DNA of 24,416 nucleotides from Vicugna vicugna (taxonomy: Eukaryota), in the NCBI GenBank assembly GCA_013265495.1, contig MU058532.1, positions 221,902 through 246,317 of the forward strand, in the 5' to 3' direction. This document shows, one piece after another, positions 22,775-24,416 of this stretch. Numbering within the stretch: position 1 is the first letter of the stretch; the number at the start of each line of letters is the position of its first letter. Both the position numbers and the translations under genes were made by a program. The notes under the pieces are model-generated. The model had not been told where the DNA came from. It saw nothing but the letters and a program-made list of their open reading frames with translations, and ran no database searches.

Positions 22775-23325
22775 AAATTTCAGCCAAGTTATTTGAATCA
22801 ACCCTCAACATTCCAAATTAAATATTCAATGCACTTCCTTACAAACATGAAGGGATGGGCATCAAAGCCTCACGTTGCCTGCCTGATGCAGAAGACCTCA
22901 CACTGTGAATTTATTTAATACGATCCCAGACTGGTAGTTCTTGGGGAACTACAAAGCTAATGAAGTAAAACCTGGGTCCCTGAATCAGAATCAGCCACAA
23001 ATATTTTTATCAATTAATGGTTCCTCAACAGAGGTCCATAAACACTACAAGGACAATGAGCACTACACAGTCAAAAATAACCAAGCACACAGGAAAACAA
23101 GGCATCGTAAACATAAAGCCAGCCAAAACAATAAGTAGAATAAATATGTCTTTCATATTAGATATTAGAGTTATCAAAGATTATCATACAACTATATTCC
23201 CTGTGTTTAAAGAAATAAAACAGGCTTGAAAATATCTGCAGGCCACAGGAATCTATTAAAAAGTGAGCCAGCAGATTTGACAAAAATGGGCAGAAGACCT
23301 AAACAAGCTTTTCTCCAATAAACAC
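22775..23325 (+). repeat. Direct duplication, copy 1 (visible matched part; probable unit 22775-23896)
   Basis: 22775-22946 equals 23897-24068 (offset 1122) and 22987-23325 equals 24078-24416 (offset 1091), no mismatch found by eye. Confidence 0.97.
22835..23280 (+). mobile_element. HAL1-like (half-L1 / ancient L1 ORF1 5' region) fragment
   Basis: 'agacctcacactgtgaatttatttaa...cccagactggtagt', 'cacagtcaaaaataaccaagcacacaggaaaacaagg', 'agatattagagttatca', 'tgtttaaagaaataaaa' resemble the recalled HAL1 consensus. Confidence 0.65.
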
Positions 23326-23899
23326 TGCAAATGGCCAATAGGCACATGTAAAATTGCTCAGTATCACTAAATATCAGAGAAAGGCAAATCAAAACTACAA
23401 TGAGGTATCACCTCACACCAGTCAGAATGGCCATCACTCAAGTTCATGAAGTTAAATGCTGGAGAGTGTGGAGAAAAGGGAACCCTCTTACACTGCTGGT
23501 GGGAATGTAGTTTGGTTGTAGCCATTATGGAAAACAGTATGGAAATTCCTCGAAAAACTAAAAACAGACTTACCTTATGGTCCAGTAATCCCACTTCTGG
23601 GTATTTATCTGGAGGGAACTCCAATGCGAAAAGATACCTGAACCTCAGTATTCAAAGCACCACTCTATGTAATACCCAAGACATGGAAGCAACCTAAATG
23701 AAGCAACAGATGACTGGATAAAGAAGTTGTGGTATTTTTATACAGTGGAATACTACTCTGCCATAAAAAGGATCAAATAACACCATTTGCAGCAACATGG
23801 ATAGACCTAGAGGTCATCATTCTAAGTGAAATAAGCCAGAAAGAGAAAAATACCATATTATATCACTCACATACGCAATCTAAAAAAAAAAAAAAAAAA
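23281..23899 (+). mobile_element. Young L1, 5'-truncated ORF2 C-terminus, ending at an A18 run
   Basis: ORFs give [13 protein letters not shown] (ORF2 Cys-rich domain) and ITPFAATWIDLEVIILSEISQKEK; A-run at 23882-23899. Confidence 0.95.
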
Positions 23900-24416
23900 T
23901 TTCAGCCAAGTTATTTGAATCAACCCTCAACATTCCAAATTAAATATTCAATGCACTTCCTTACAAACATGAAGGGATGGGCATCAAAGCCTCACGTTGC
24001 CTGCCTGATGCAGAAGACCTCACACTGTGAATTTATTTAATACGATCCCAGACTGGTAGTTCTTGGGGGCACCTGGAAGAATCAGCCACAAATATTTTTA
24101 TCAATTAATGGTTCCTCAACAGAGGTCCATAAACACTACAAGGACAATGAGCACTACACAGTCAAAAATAACCAAGCACACAGGAAAACAAGGCATCGTA
24201 AACATAAAGCCAGCCAAAACAATAAGTAGAATAAATATGTCTTTCATATTAGATATTAGAGTTATCAAAGATTATCATACAACTATATTCCCTGTGTTTA
24301 AAGAAATAAAACAGGCTTGAAAATATCTGCAGGCCACAGGAATCTATTAAAAAGTGAGCCAGCAGATTTGACAAAAATGGGCAGAAGACCTAAACAAGCT
24401 TTTCTCCAATAAACAC
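23897..24416 (+). repeat. Direct duplication, copy 2 (HAL1-like plus start of L1), running off the window end
   Basis: Identical to copy 1 except GCACCTGGA (24069-24077) in place of the 40 bp at 22947-22986. Confidence 0.97.

Noticed and set aside
22948..22990. The 34-bp piece joined to downstream sequence by splicing
   Set aside because: The donor locus continues CCCT-CACG with no GT, and an extra GAATCA intervenes.
6490..23890. Inverted homology between L1 copies at ~6500-6926 (-) and ~23500-23885 (+) as a large inverted-repeat element
   Set aside because: They are independent, diverged L1 insertions about 17 kb apart.
23017..24320. Duplicated 70/85-aa ORFs as a tandem gene pair
   Set aside because: Their identity simply reflects the DNA duplication of decayed HAL1-like sequence.
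1..24416. ORF-track entries as protein-coding genes (e.g. 2034-2630, 11247-11744, 15658-16215)
   Set aside because: No recognisable domains; many overlap MIR, LTR or L1 repeats or use non-ATG starts; lengths are as expected by chance in GC-moderate mammalian DNA.
22775..24416. Paired LTRs of a provirus, or a CRISPR-like repeat/spacer acquisition
   Set aside because: No TG...CA ends, PBS or PPT; the repeated unit is LINE-derived; mammalian context with no array or cas genes.

Overview
This is mammalian non-coding DNA (intronic or intergenic), probably camelid, judged from two tRNA-Ala-derived Vic-1-type SINEs. No intact protein-coding gene is supported: the only recognisable peptides in the ORF track are decayed LINE-1 ORF2 fragments. 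A large part of the window is interspersed repeats: MIR, L2, old and young L1, HAL1-like sequence, MaLR/ERV LTRs, a hAT-Tip100 MITE and SINEs. Family names come from recalled consensus sequences, not a database search, and repeat boundaries are approximate. The most striking structure is a recent direct duplication at the right end (22775-23325 vs 23897-24416), identical apart from one site. At that site the first copy carries a 34-bp exact copy of 20459-20492, about 2.5 kb upstream, plus a 6-bp GAATCA duplication, in place of 9 bp in the second copy. This suggests template-switch repair. Several + strand micro-exon-like splice configurations and a tail-less L1 fragment flanked by a short direct repeat also deserve a check. 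I found no evidence for a new gene system.
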